Shown one piece after another: positions 29,723 through 38,628 of a DNA stretch of 59,637 nt. The DNA is taken from the IMG/VR virus record IMGVR_UViG_3300037851_000119, positions 1-59,637 of that record; one strand, 5' to 3'. The DNA is from a virus. Below the pieces are notes generated by a model, which was not told the origin of the DNA, ran no database searches, and saw only the letters and a list, made by a program, of their open reading frames with translations. A program made the position numbers and the translations under genes. The number at the start of each line of letters is the position of its first letter. The first letter of the stretch is position 1.

Positions 29723-29975
29723 TTAGAGCATCTACGAGACGCTTATAGGCGATCTCGGTGTTATGCCTGCCCTTCATGGCGACAAGGTTCTTGGCCGCGG
29801 CCTCGATCATGTCGGCTCGATTGAGCCAGTCGTAACGGACGTACACGATGTCGCGGTCAAAGATCGGCTCCCAGCACCAAGTAATGTCTCCGGCATCAAC
29901 CGGGCAATCGCTTTGGCCGGTATCGTCTCCGTGGTATTGCAGGTAAATCCTGCTGGGCGGCTCATTGAATTTCAT
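29706..29975 (-). CDS. Hypothetical protein
   Basis: 89-aa ORF with AAGGA upstream. Confidence 0.55.
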   Translation of the reverse strand: MKFNEPPSRIYLQYHGDDTGQSDCPVDAGDITWCWEPIFDRDIVYVRYDWLNRADMIEAAAKNLVAMKGRHNTEIAYKRLVDALNEPIF

Positions 29976-30136
29976 GTCTGTCCTTCGTGTGCGTGCGCCG
30001 CGCTAGGCACATTGGTTGGGGGGCGCGGCAACTTGCCCCGTGGAGGCGAGAGAGGCCCTACACCTTTTCGGCCGGGAGGCCTTCCCTCTTCTCATGTGCC
30101 ATGATCCATGTCTGTCCCCGGCCTATTCAGTACCCG

Positions 30137-30568
30137 CTAAAAAGGCACATCGTCGTCCAGATCATCGAAGGATCCGCCACCCTGCTGCTTCGCCGGCTTG
30201 CTCTGCCCGTCTGTGGTCGGCGCATCGCTACGGGAGCCGCCCCTTCCGCCAAGCAGTTGCATCGAGTGAGCCTGGATCTCGGTGCTGTACTTCGTCTCGC
30301 CGCCCTTCTCCCATGAACGGGTGACTATCTTTCCCTCGATGTAGATCGAGGAGCCCTTCTTGACGTACTCGCCGACGATCTCGGCCAGACGGCCAAAGAA
30401 CGAGACGCGATGCCACTCTGTCTTCTCCTGCTTCTCGCCGGCCTTGTCCTTCCATTGGTCGGTGGTGGCGATGGACAGGTTGGCGACCGCATCGCCGCCC
30501 GGTGTGTAGCGCACCTCCGGGTCTTTGCCGACATTGCCCAGGATGATTGCCTTATTGACTGATGCCAT
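30137..30568 (-). CDS. ssb: Single-stranded DNA-binding protein
   Basis: [25 protein letters not shown]...[15 protein letters not shown]... with an acidic DDDVPF tail. AAGGAA lies upstream of ATG 30568. Confidence 0.9.
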   Translation of the reverse strand: MASVNKAIILGNVGKDPEVRYTPGGDAVANLSIATTDQWKDKAGEKQEKTEWHRVSFFGRLAEIVGEYVKKGSSIYIEGKIVTRSWEKGGETKYSTEIQAHSMQLLGGRGGSRSDAPTTDGQSKPAKQQGGGSFDDLDDDVPF

Positions 30569-30670
30569 TGTTGTTCCTTGTGTTGTTGGTGGGGGCGGCT
30601 GGCTCCATTTATCTACCATCACCAGCAGGCCAGTTCGTGTTTGCCGATCCCTTTGCGCCCCCGTTGAAAA

Positions 30671-30889
30671 TCAGAGATCCAGGCTTTCCTGATCCGGCAG
30701 GACATCGTTGGCCACTTGCAGCATGACGCCATCGCTCATCGCATCGGCCACCTCCATGCTGGTGGCGGCCTTGACGGTGAAGCGGTTGCCTGCGATATGC
30801 CGGAGGGCCTGGGCCTGATTGGCGGCCTTCACCAGGGCTTTCTCCCCGGTTTGGTCGTCAGTTGTCAGATAGATTCGGACTGTCTTCAT
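30671..30889 (-). CDS. Hypothetical protein
   Basis: 72-aa ORF with GGAGCAAGAAG upstream. Confidence 0.55.
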   Translation of the reverse strand: MKTVRIYLTTDDQTGEKALVKAANQAQALRHIAGNRFTVKAATSMEVADAMSDGVMLQVANDVLPDQESLDL

Positions 30890-30968
30890 CTTCTTGCTCC
30901 TTCATGCGTTTGAAAATTTCCCACTCTACGATTGCCCTCCTGACCATCGAGCCCTGCGGTGACGTTCC

Positions 30969-31106
30969 CTAGTAGCTGCAATGGCCGCCAGAAAAGAACT
31001 CCTCAAATTCCTCGACAAAACCAAGATGGAACTCATGCGACAGCGCCTCAGATACGTCCTCGAATAGGCGGCCGTCTGTCGTCTTATATGCCTTGACCGT
31101 ATCCAT
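30969..31106 (-). CDS. Hypothetical small protein (45 aa)
   Basis: MDTVKAYKTTDGRLFEDVSEAL... starts 7 nt after the upstream stop. SD is weak. Confidence 0.35.
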   Translation of the reverse strand: MDTVKAYKTTDGRLFEDVSEALSHEFHLGFVEEFEEFFSGGHCSY

Positions 31107-31113
31107 GGCTGGC

Positions 31114-31524
31114 CTACGGGTTGGCAACATTCCCGGCGAGGCCGCAGTAGCCCCGGCGGTCGTCGTCATGGGTGCGGGTGAAGCGTTGCAGCACAACCGG
31201 GCGATCCTCGTACTCGAAGTAGGGATCGCCATCCTTGCGCCAATGGGTCGATTCGGTCGGCTTCGGGAAGACGAAATACTTGAGGATCTTGTCCCTTTCG
31301 GCCTCGAACTCGGCTAACGAGGCATCGACCTTGGCCTGCAATGCCTCGCCGACCTCTTCGCCATCGTAGGATTCCATGTGCTTGTCCCAGGCCTCTCGGA
31401 AGGCCTCATGGAATCGAACATCTACCCACACGGCCTGACTCAGTTGCTCGGGCTCGGCCCAGCGCCACGCCATGCAGGACTGGCCCATGCACTCGGCATT
31501 TTCTAATTCTTCCTCTTTTGACAT
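31114..31524 (-). CDS. Hypothetical protein with a CxxxCMAWRW motif
   Basis: MSKEEELENAECMGQSCMAWRW... An alternative start lies at 31566. Confidence 0.5.
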   Translation of the reverse strand: MSKEEELENAECMGQSCMAWRWAEPEQLSQAVWVDVRFHEAFREAWDKHMESYDGEEVGEALQAKVDASLAEFEAERDKILKYFVFPKPTESTHWRKDGDPYFEYEDRPVVLQRFTRTHDDDRRGYCGLAGNVANP

Positions 31525-31555
31525 GGGACACCACTTATGCAACGCAAGATGACTC

Positions 31556-32371
31556 TTACTCAGCATCTTCTGCCTCCATCTGTGTGCGGATTTCACGGTA
31601 CATGGCCGTCAGTTCAGCCTGCTGGATCTCGTCCACAACGGCGGAGATCAGGCTGGCGGCAACATCAAGGGTGTCGATGTCGCCGGCCGTGTTCAGCTTG
31701 TCGGCGATCTCCGCGTAGGTCGGGGCCCGGGGCTTGTCGGCCTGCTTGCGGCCGGCCTTGATCTTGTCCTTGATCGCGGCCGTCCTCGATTGGGTGGGCT
31801 CCTCGACTGGAACCGCCTCGACCGTCACGGCCGGGGAGGCCTCCACGATCCGCTCGGCCTCGTCTTGGTCGTAGATGCCAACGAAGCCGAAGGCCAGACG
31901 GGCGGCCTGGATCATCGCCTTGTGGCGCAGCATGCGGCGGGGGTGCGATCCCCACGGTTGGGTGTTGCGCTTGCACTCCGACAGGTACTCGGTGACGGCA
32001 ATCGCATGGCCGCGATCCTTCCGATAGATCCGGCAGGTACAGGAGTCCTCATCCTGCTCGAACTCCATGCCATCGAACTGCGGATGGGTGTTGATGATCC
32101 TGGCCCAACCATCCACGCCAACGACCGGCACGATGCTGTTCTGCTTGTCAGGGAAGGCATAGATCTCCTTCGTCCAGGGGTTCAGTTGGTACTGGTCTGC
32201 AACGATAAGCAGGGCCATCATCTGCTCGTTGCTGACATCGCCCTTGAAAGCGGTGTGCTTGAGCGTAACCAACATCTTGTCAGGCTCGACGGAGTAGCGG
32301 TCGGCAACCTTCCGGAGGAGGGAGTGCTTCTGCGGCTGGTTGGCCTGGGGAACCACAGCAAGTTCAGTCAT
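31556..32371 (-). CDS. bet: Single-strand annealing recombinase, lambda Bet family
   Basis: Long stretches match lambda Bet as I remember it: NPWTKEIYAFPDKQN.IVPVVGVDGW, SCTCRIYRKDR, MLRHKAMIQ.ARLAFGF.GIYD.DEAERIVE. Confidence 0.9.
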   Translation of the reverse strand: MTELAVVPQANQPQKHSLLRKVADRYSVEPDKMLVTLKHTAFKGDVSNEQMMALLIVADQYQLNPWTKEIYAFPDKQNSIVPVVGVDGWARIINTHPQFDGMEFEQDEDSCTCRIYRKDRGHAIAVTEYLSECKRNTQPWGSHPRRMLRHKAMIQAARLAFGFVGIYDQDEAERIVEASPAVTVEAVPVEEPTQSRTAAIKDKIKAGRKQADKPRAPTYAEIADKLNTAGDIDTLDVAASLISAVVDEIQQAELTAMYREIRTQMEAEDAE

Positions 32372-32374
32372 GGA

Positions 32375-33274
32375 TTACTCCTTCACGTTCTTGGTAAAGC
32401 GGAAATCGATGTACTCGCAGGCGTCGATGGTGATCGGCTTGCGCTTGACGACCTTGCGCGTGTAGCCGGAGCCGTCTTGGAACTTGAGGGCGGCGGCCTC
32501 CCCCATGGCGGCGAGGATGTGGTTGCCAGCGGCCTCGGCCACCTTGTCGTACATGGCGGCCTTGTCCTTGGCGTCCTCGCGCACCTTCATCCAATGCAAC
32601 AGGTCTTCCCCGCCCTGGAGGATCTGGCCGTTCGTGCCTGGGTACATCTCCTTGAGGAGTGGAAGGGTGGCCTTGCTCTCGTAGTCGAGGGGCGGCGGGA
32701 CATCGGCGATGACATGGTTGTGCCAGAAGTTGTGCGCCATCTCGATGATGAGTTCGTCCATCTCCTTGTCGCGCTCGACCTCGTACAGGCGCAGATCGTC
32801 GCCGCCAAAGTAGGCGGCCACCGTCCATACCGGGTAGTCCATCACCAGCATGTAGTGGTGGGGCTGCATCATGTAGTAGGGGGCGATCTCGTCCGTGCCC
32901 TGCTGGCCCCAGAACTTCGCCATGCGGAAGCCCACGTTCTTGATCTCCAGGCCGCGCTTCTCGCCGACAAAGCGGCGGTCGATGTGGGCCGTGAGGAAGT
33001 CGTACTTTGGATGCACCAGCGTCTCGTTGACCCGGTGCAACTTCACCTCGCGGCCCCAGGCCTTGCCGATCTTGTAGGAGCAGAAGTCGGCGATGGGGGC
33101 CTCGAACAGGTTGCCGGCCACCACGGAGTCCTTCTCGGACAGATCCAGGGGCGGGCGGCGGCCGGTCATCTCTTCCCAAAGTTGATAGGCGGTCTGATAG
33201 GGATTCAGGCCGGCGATGGTGCTGGTGGACGATCCGCCGATCTTGCGGGCCGCGAGTTGCTCAGTTGTCAGCAT
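32375..33274 (-). CDS. YqaJ-type (lambda-exonuclease-fold) recombination exonuclease
   Basis: ATG 33274 has GGAGAAAGAAC upstream. An E-x-K motif lies in RGLEIKN. The gene sits directly upstream of bet. Confidence 0.75.
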   Translation of the reverse strand: MLTTEQLAARKIGGSSTSTIAGLNPYQTAYQLWEEMTGRRPPLDLSEKDSVVAGNLFEAPIADFCSYKIGKAWGREVKLHRVNETLVHPKYDFLTAHIDRRFVGEKRGLEIKNVGFRMAKFWGQQGTDEIAPYYMMQPHHYMLVMDYPVWTVAAYFGGDDLRLYEVERDKEMDELIIEMAHNFWHNHVIADVPPPLDYESKATLPLLKEMYPGTNGQILQGGEDLLHWMKVREDAKDKAAMYDKVAEAAGNHILAAMGEAAALKFQDGSGYTRKVVKRKPITIDACEYIDFRFTKNVKE

Positions 33275-33494
33275 GTTCTTTCTCCAGTTGGCGTTCGCGT
33301 TCCTTGATCCACGCAACGTAGTTGCTGCTGCGCGTAACGCCGGGCGCGCATCTGACTTCGTAGGTGGTTTGCTTCTTGCAGAAGATCTCCCCGTGCGTCT
33401 CCTGGGCGATAGCCGCGGCGACACGCAGGGCGAGTTCTGCGCGATGGGATCGGGTTCCGGGGGCTGCCCCGGTATCAATGAGGAATGTGGCCAT
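33261..33494 (-). CDS. Hypothetical protein (77 aa)
   Basis: The ATG overlaps the upstream stop (TGATG). The gene overlaps the exonuclease start by 14 nt. Confidence 0.5.
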   Translation of the reverse strand: MATFLIDTGAAPGTRSHRAELALRVAAAIAQETHGEIFCKKQTTYEVRCAPGVTRSSNYVAWIKERERQLEKEHADN

Positions 33495-33814
33495 CAGAGG
33501 AATACCGAAGCGCCGCCGTACAGGCGGGCCAGGGCCTCGCGCCTGCGCTCGTTGGCCTCGTATGCCCGGAGGTCTTCGCGCATCTCCTCGCGGGCCTCGT
33601 TGCACAAGGACTCGATCTCGACGGCGGCGGCCAGGAAGCGGCTCGTTGCTTCGGGTTCGGTCTGGATTGACTTGCCGGATTGGTGGAAGTCGATGGCCAG
33701 TCGGCGAAGGATCGTTGCGACCAGGGCCATGCTCTCGTCTTGCAGCCAAAGGCTGCCGTCAGACAGCCCCTTGTCGATGGCCTCAAGGGCCTTTACTGCT
33801 TCGATCTGGTACAT
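33494..33814 (-). CDS. Hypothetical protein; first gene of the leftward early operon
   Basis: ATG 33814 has GGAGAAAGC upstream. 106 aa. Confidence 0.6.
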   Translation of the reverse strand: MYQIEAVKALEAIDKGLSDGSLWLQDESMALVATILRRLAIDFHQSGKSIQTEPEATSRFLAAAVEIESLCNEAREEMREDLRAYEANERRREALARLYGGASVFL

Positions 33815-33848
33815 GCTTTCTCCTGTAGAAATGCACCTTACAGGACAG

Positions 33849-33877
33849 AGCATAGAGGATCGCTAAGACATCATCAA
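33849..33877 (-). promoter_or_regulatory. Candidate leftward early promoter (TTGATG-17 nt-TATGCT on the minus strand)
   Basis: -35 is the complement of 33872-33877 and -10 is the complement of 33849-33854. It lies about 35 nt upstream of ATG 33814. Confidence 0.45.
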
Positions 33878-33899
33878 GAAATTTTTTCTAAGAGGGAAC

Positions 33900-33924
33900 A
33901 AAAAAGGCCGCATCTAAGCGGCCT
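33900..33924 (-). terminator. Rho-independent terminator after the repressor transcription unit
   Basis: On the minus strand, AGGCCGC-TTAGAT-GCGGCCT is followed by TTTTTT. Confidence 0.7.
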
Positions 33925-33944
33925 TTGTGGTTGAGTGTGACGGT

Positions 33945-34124
33945 CTAAGCTGTTCGCGGCCTGGATTTACCCTTCTTGGTCGCCGCCCTGATTATGATGC
34001 GGTCGTCAATGTGGTTGTTGAGGATCTGCGCCATGCCGCGAACGGTATGGCATCGTTCTTGTTTTGGGATGCTGGCAAGCAACAGCTTTATTAGCCTAGC
34101 TTCAATGGCGCTTGTCTCTGGCAT
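33945..34124 (-). CDS. Hypothetical small protein (59 aa) downstream of the repressor
   Basis: ORF just under the track cutoff (MPETSAIEARLIKLLLASIPKQERCH...). No clear SD. Confidence 0.3.
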   Translation of the reverse strand: MPETSAIEARLIKLLLASIPKQERCHTVRGMAQILNNHIDDRIIIRAATKKGKSRPRTA

Positions 34125-34210
34125 GGCGGTTTCTGGTTAGAGAAAATCGAACAGGGCGGAGATAATATCATCACAACAATGGAATGGAATATATCGAAAG
34201 TTATAGGCGG

Positions 34211-34576
34211 CTATCCTCCTGATTTCTTGATCTGCTCCCGCAGAAACTCCTTGATGATTGCCCTGGCGCGGATAGGCGAGGCCTTGTAGATCAGCAGGGC
34301 GGTTTCAAGGTAGTCTCTGGTTTCGTCATCGAGATTCGATAAGGGGTCGCTGTCGTCATGCGGCGCATCCATCCATCCGTGCGGAAGCCCTTTCTTCTCC
34401 TCGATCCTTCTGGCCATGGTGTTGCCCATCGTGATCTTGATCTTCTCTGACAAGATCTGAGACAGATGGTTTGGTGCGGCCCCAACATCCTGGGCGAAGG
34501 CGGAGATAGACCCGAACTCCGGGTACTCCGCCAGCAGCAGAAGGAGGTTGTTTCTCCTGATGTCTCGAACGTCCAT
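34211..34576 (-). CDS. CI-like HTH repressor
   Basis: The HTH segment ISAFAQDVGAAPNHLSQILS...ARRIEEKKGLPHGWMD, divergent from a Cro-like gene. AGGAGCGAAC lies upstream. Confidence 0.7.
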   Translation of the reverse strand: MDVRDIRRNNLLLLLAEYPEFGSISAFAQDVGAAPNHLSQILSEKIKITMGNTMARRIEEKKGLPHGWMDAPHDDSDPLSNLDDETRDYLETALLIYKASPIRARAIIKEFLREQIKKSGG

Positions 34577-34778
34577 GTTCGCTCCTAGTTGTCGTAATGT
34601 CCAAGGACGTTTAACGACATCGGTTGCCGTCTATCTATGTCCTTGATTTTCTAAGTGTTGCACACTCTAAGATGAATTGCTCTATTCAACTTTCTTATCG
34701 AATCTCCGTAAGGTACTTGCAAAGTCATTAGGCCCGCTCTAAGATACCTAGAGTTTCATAGGGACAGCCACGAAGAAC
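34577..34778. promoter_or_regulatory. Immunity switch intergenic region with candidate operators and a rightward promoter
   Basis: Inverted repeats AGTGTTGCACACT (34654-34666) and CTCTA-N7-TAGAG (34737-34753). TTGCAA (34718-34723)-17 nt-TAAGAT forms a candidate promoter. TCTAAGAT occurs twice. Confidence 0.5.
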
Positions 34779-35048
34779 ATGAACGAACGCAAGCCTATCG
34801 ACGCACTCCGGAAGTTTGTGCTGGACATGCCGGAACCGATGCGTAACGAGTTCGCTGCCAGATGCGGAACGACATTCGCCTACCTCCAGCAGATCTACAT
34901 GGGTCACAACAAGGTTGGCATGAAGATGGCCTTGGCCATTGAGCGCGAAAGTTTCCGGGCCGTGAAGTTCGAGGATCTGCGGCCCGATCTTGCAGAGGTT
35001 GTCGTCCCGGCGAAGAAGCAGGCCAGGGCACATGCCGCTGCTGCCTAG
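34779..35048 (+). CDS. Cro / YdaS-like HTH regulator
   Basis: 89 aa. The segment FAARCGTTFAYLQQIYMGHNKVGMKMALAIERES is HTH-like. Divergent from the repressor. Confidence 0.65.
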   Translation: MNERKPIDALRKFVLDMPEPMRNEFAARCGTTFAYLQQIYMGHNKVGMKMALAIERESFRAVKFEDLRPDLAEVVVPAKKQARAHAAAA

Positions 35049-35171
35049 AGTTACCTCCCTGGCTGGTGCAATTCCAGCCTTTCGCCTCGGCCTGCGTAGC
35101 GGGTCGGGGTCTTTTTCTTCAAGCCGCTGGCAGGCCGGTCAATGCCTGCCTACCTCCCTTGTAGTGACTTT

Positions 35172-35204
35172 GCCGGGCGCGGGAAACCGCCCCGGCCTTT
35201 TTTT
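35172..35204 (+). terminator. Rho-independent terminator between cro-like and replication genes (tR1-like position)
   Basis: GCCGGG(c)GCG-ggaaac-CGCCCCGGC followed by C and T7. Confidence 0.7.
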
Positions 35205-35215
35205 GGCCTGACTCC

Positions 35216-35641
35216 ATGGGCATGTTGCGTATGTCCCCGGAGGAGTATGCCGCCCTGGTCGAGCGCAAGCGGGCCCAGATGAAGGCGGGGGACAAGCCCA
35301 AGGCGAGGCTCAAGTTCGGCAACGAGAAGACGGAAGTGGCTGGCCAGGAGTTCGACTCCAAGAAGGAGGCCCGTCGATTCTTGTCGCTCAAGGACATGGA
35401 AGCGGCCGGCGAGATCGAGCGACTGCAAACGCAGCAGGTATTCAACCTGATCCCTCGCACCCAGAAGCCCAGCGGCGGCCATGAGCGGCCCTGCACCTAC
35501 ATCGCCGACTTCACCTACATCAAGGACGGCCGCATGGTCGTTGAGGACACAAAGAGCGAGGCCACCCGCAAGGATCGGGCCTACATCATCAAGCGGAAGT
35601 TGATGCTCTCGGTGCATGGCATCGAGATCAAGGAGGTATGA
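35216..35641 (+). CDS. DUF1064-type PD-(D/E)xK nuclease (putative junction resolvase)
   Basis: KFGNEKTEVAGQEFDSKKEARRFLSLKDMEAAGEI...YIADFTYIKDGRMVVEDTKS matches DUF1064 as I remember it. Confidence 0.65.
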   Translation: MGMLRMSPEEYAALVERKRAQMKAGDKPKARLKFGNEKTEVAGQEFDSKKEARRFLSLKDMEAAGEIERLQTQQVFNLIPRTQKPSGGHERPCTYIADFTYIKDGRMVVEDTKSEATRKDRAYIIKRKLMLSVHGIEIKEV

Positions 35642-36526
35642 ATGTCGCGCTATAGAAAAATTGACCCGCGAATCTGGAACGACGAGAAGTTCATGGGCAT
35701 GTCAGACAACGGGAAACTGGCCTTCCTGTTCATCCTGACGCACCCGCACATGACTGCTCTTGGCGCGATGCGGGCAACGGTTTCGGGTCTTGCCGATGAA
35801 CTTGGATGGAAGCCGGAAGCCTTCCGTGAAGCCTTCCAAGAAGCCTCTCGGAAGGGTATGGCAGAGCATGACCAGAAGGCTTGTTTGATAGCCCTTCCGA
35901 ACTTCATTAAGTACAACCCGCCAGAGTCCCCGAACGTGGTCAAGGCATGGGAATCCGCCCTTGATCTGTTACCCGAGTGTGGCCTGAAAACCCGCGTGGT
36001 TGTTAGGGCTAGAGCCTTTGCGGAAGGCATGTCAGAAGCCTTTGGCAAAGCCTTACCGGAAGCCTTCGCTAAGGCTATGCCTTATCAGGAACAGGAACAG
36101 GAACAGGAACAGGAACAGGAACAGGAACAGGAGAAGAACAGAAAAACACCGCGCACGAAACCTGCCGGTTTCGACGCTGGCACATATCTCGAATCCCTTG
36201 GAGTCGATCAGGCTGTCGCAAAGGATTGGCTCACGCTTCGCAAGGTCAAGAAACTCCCGGCCACCAAGACCGCCCTGGATGGCGTCAAGCAGGAGGCTGA
36301 CAAAGCCGGGCTTGCGATGAACGACTGCATCCGTGAGTGCTGCACACGGGGATGGGGATCGTTCAAGGCGGATTGGTGGGAGCGGGAGAATCGCGTCGGC
36401 TCAATCGTCCCGATCCACGGCAACAAGCAGGCTGCCCTGGAGCAACGCAACCGGGCGGCAGCCGCATCGTGGTTGCGGTCGCAAGGAGTTGACGAGTCTG
36501 AAATCGGGGAGGTTTTCGAGGCATGA
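35642..36526 (+). CDS. Replication initiation/organiser protein with a DnaT-like C-terminal domain
   Basis: The position, the internal iteron-like repeats and the C-terminal AKDWLTLRKVKKLPATKTALDGVKQEADKAGL...CCTRGWGSFKADWW support the call. Confidence 0.55.
   Translation: MSRYRKIDPRIWNDEKFMGMSDNGKLAFLFILTHPHMTALGAMRATVSGLADELGWKPEAFREAFQEASRKGMAEHDQKACLIALPNFIKYNPPESPNVVKAWESALDLLPECGLKTRVVVRARAFAEGMSEAFGKALPEAFAKAMPYQEQEQEQEQEQEQEQEKNRKTPRTKPAGFDAGTYLESLGVDQAVAKDWLTLRKVKKLPATKTALDGVKQEADKAGLAMNDCIRECCTRGWGSFKADWWERENRVGSIVPIHGNKQAALEQRNRAAAASWLRSQGVDESEIGEVFEA
36086..36132 (+). repeat. Hexanucleotide microsatellite (CAGGAA)x7 plus a partial unit, encoding (QE)n
   Basis: Perfect units start at 36086, 36092, 36098, 36104, 36110, 36116 and 36122. 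Confidence 0.95.
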
Positions 36527-37161
36527 ACGCGAACGACAAGATCAACTTCACCAAGATGATCTCCATGGTTGGCGAGTATTACGGGAGGGACGTTACCGAT
36601 TCGCTGATCACGTTGTACTGGAGCGGCTTGCAGCAGTACGACATTGGGGCGATCCGTGACGCCATGAACCGCCATGTGCAGAACCCGGATAGCGGCCAGT
36701 TCATGCCGAAGATCGCCGACATCGTGAAGATGATCGGCGGCACAAGCCAGGACGCCGCCCTGCTGGCCTGGGCCAAGGTGGATCGGGCAGTCCGGACGGT
36801 CGGAACCTACTCCGATGTCGTCTTCGATGATCCCTTGATCCACAAGGTCATCGTGGACATGGGCGGCTGGATCAAGCTTGGTGAGCGCAAGGAGGACGAG
36901 TGGCCGTTCGTGGCCAAGGAGTTCGGGAACCGCTACCGGGGCCTCCGAAACCACGCTGACCAGATCTCTTTCCCGGCCGTGCTGATCGGCATGGCCAACG
37001 CAAGTAACGCCCTGCACGGATTTCGGCCGGAGGCCGTGCGGATGATCGGAAACCCGGAGGCCTGCCAGAAGGTTCTTCGTCTCGGTACGAGCGACAGAAG
37101 GATCCCGACGAGCATGGCTGCCATCGCAGCAGAACTTCACTCGGAGGATGTGAGCGCATGA
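36523..37161 (+). CDS. Putative helicase-loader / replication accessory protein
   Basis: Overlaps the upstream gene by 4 nt. The segment YWSGLQQYDIGAIRDAMNRHVQNPDSGQFMPKIADI resembles a G39P-type loader. Recognised by eye only. Confidence 0.35.
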   Translation: MNANDKINFTKMISMVGEYYGRDVTDSLITLYWSGLQQYDIGAIRDAMNRHVQNPDSGQFMPKIADIVKMIGGTSQDAALLAWAKVDRAVRTVGTYSDVVFDDPLIHKVIVDMGGWIKLGERKEDEWPFVAKEFGNRYRGLRNHADQISFPAVLIGMANASNALHGFRPEAVRMIGNPEACQKVLRLGTSDRRIPTSMAAIAAELHSEDVSA

Positions 37162-37826
37162 AACACCCGTTTTCACAGCAACTAGAAAAAATCCTGGCCT
37201 TCGTCAAAGAGCATCCGGGCTGCCTGCTGGATGAGATCTGCGATGCCATCCCAGAACTGTCCAGAAAGACCGTCAAGAACTACTGCGCCAACCTGCGCGG
37301 CAGCGGATACGTCCGCTGGGAGCGTGACGGGAAAGGCAACCGTGCCAAGACCCGGAACTGGATCGCCGAGGGAGATCTTCCTGAGTTCGTGCAGACAAGT
37401 CGCGCCGAGAAAAGGAAGTACATCGAGAGCATCCAGAAGGCCGAGCCAGTTAGCGACGAGATCGAGGATGAAGATGCTGAGAGCCTGAGCGCCAAGGCTC
37501 TTGCTGACGGCGAGAGCCGATCTATTGCCGAGATCCGGGCCATGACTGGACTCTCTAGCAAGATGGCGAATCACATCCTGGCCAGGATGTTCTACCGGGA
37601 TGTCGTGAAGAGGGCAAGCGGCGGGTCTGGAAGTTATGCCTACACCCTGAACGCGAAGGCGCCGAAGTTCATCGAGATAAGTCCCGGGGTCATGGTGGCG
37701 GAAACGCCGACCGGAAGGATCGTCAAGCATACCCAGAACTGGCGGCCAGACCGCGCCCTGTCTTCGTTTGCTCAAGTTTCCGGCGTCCAGTCCGGCCTCA
37801 ACAGGAACGTGAGCGGGCATCTGTGA
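37158..37826 (+). CDS. Winged-helix DNA-binding protein
   Basis: LEKILAFVKEHPGCLLDEICDAIPELSRKTVKNYCANLRGSGYVRWE looks like a wHTH. Confidence 0.45.
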   Translation: MKHPFSQQLEKILAFVKEHPGCLLDEICDAIPELSRKTVKNYCANLRGSGYVRWERDGKGNRAKTRNWIAEGDLPEFVQTSRAEKRKYIESIQKAEPVSDEIEDEDAESLSAKALADGESRSIAEIRAMTGLSSKMANHILARMFYRDVVKRASGGSGSYAYTLNAKAPKFIEISPGVMVAETPTGRIVKHTQNWRPDRALSSFAQVSGVQSGLNRNVSGHL

Positions 37827-38011
37827 TCAAGACATGCCGAGATTGCAGGTGGATTGGGCCGTTCCAGAACTGCAAGGCCGCCATCAAGGGGTTGCTGATC
37901 GACAAGGATGGGAAACCGTACCGGCCAGGAGAGATCGTCACGGTCAAGCCGCGCCGGGCGGAGAAGTGCAACACATTCGAGAAGGATGAGTATGGCTACC
38001 GAAAAGCCTAA
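37823..38011 (+). CDS. Hypothetical small protein
   Basis: 62-aa ORF with a 4-nt overlap to the upstream gene. Confidence 0.5.
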   Translation: MIKTCRDCRWIGPFQNCKAAIKGLLIDKDGKPYRPGEIVTVKPRRAEKCNTFEKDEYGYRKA

Positions 38012-38189
38012 ATCACCGGCAGATACCGCCCACAAGCGGAAGATCGCGGGCCGCAAGGGGGCGGCGGTAACGCCCTGGCGCTGGAACCTCGGGCCGCTGC
38101 GCTCCGGGGATAAGGCGCTCAAGGAGTACCAGCAACGTCAACAGGAATACTTCGCCAAGAAAGGAAATAAGCATGATCTACCCGCATGA
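37992..38189 (+). CDS. Hypothetical small basic protein
   Basis: GAGAAGGA lies 7 nt before ATG 37992. The gene overlaps both neighbours. Confidence 0.35.
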   Translation: MATEKPKSPADTAHKRKIAGRKGAAVTPWRWNLGPLRSGDKALKEYQQRQQEYFAKKGNKHDLPA

Positions 38190-38628
38190 TGTCGGCGTCT
38201 TCATGGCGGCCGGCGACCAGAAGGCATCGCCGGAAGTTGCTCGTCTGTATCTGGCCCTGATGGTCGAGGAGGTTGGAGAAACCCTGGTGGCCGAAGGGTT
38301 CGCCGACTACGGCCGCCTGCTTGAACACATCGCCGAGAACATCAAGACCGGAGCATCCCAGCCGGACATGAGGCTGGTCAACGATGTCGAGTGCTTCGAT
38401 GGTGGCCTGGACGCAATCTGGGTAACGATTGGTTACATGATCGCCAAGGAGTTCCCGATTTCCGAGGGGTGGCGTGAACTGACCGGCTCGAACATGAGCA
38501 AGATGGTCGATGGCCGCCTGCTGAAAGACGCCCATGGCAAGGTCATCAAGGGCAAGGACTACTACCGGCCCCGCCTGGATGCAGTCCTGAATGGCGAAGA
38601 TGACGCGATTGGCGCGGAGGCTGAATGA
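38173..38628 (+). CDS. MazG-like nucleotide pyrophosphohydrolase
   Basis: The segments LALMVEEVGETLVA...DGGLDAIWVTIGYM...SNMSKM...GKVIKGKDYYRPRL follow the MazG/PRA-PH-like pattern. Confidence 0.6.
   Translation: MIYPHDVGVFMAAGDQKASPEVARLYLALMVEEVGETLVAEGFADYGRLLEHIAENIKTGASQPDMRLVNDVECFDGGLDAIWVTIGYMIAKEFPISEGWRELTGSNMSKMVDGRLLKDAHGKVIKGKDYYRPRLDAVLNGEDDAIGAEAE

Noticed and set aside
29976-30136. The 160-nt gap downstream of ssb as a small RNA or extra gene.
   Set aside because: Only weak GGCC-type pairings and a 5-codon ORF are present. There is nothing I can support by eye.
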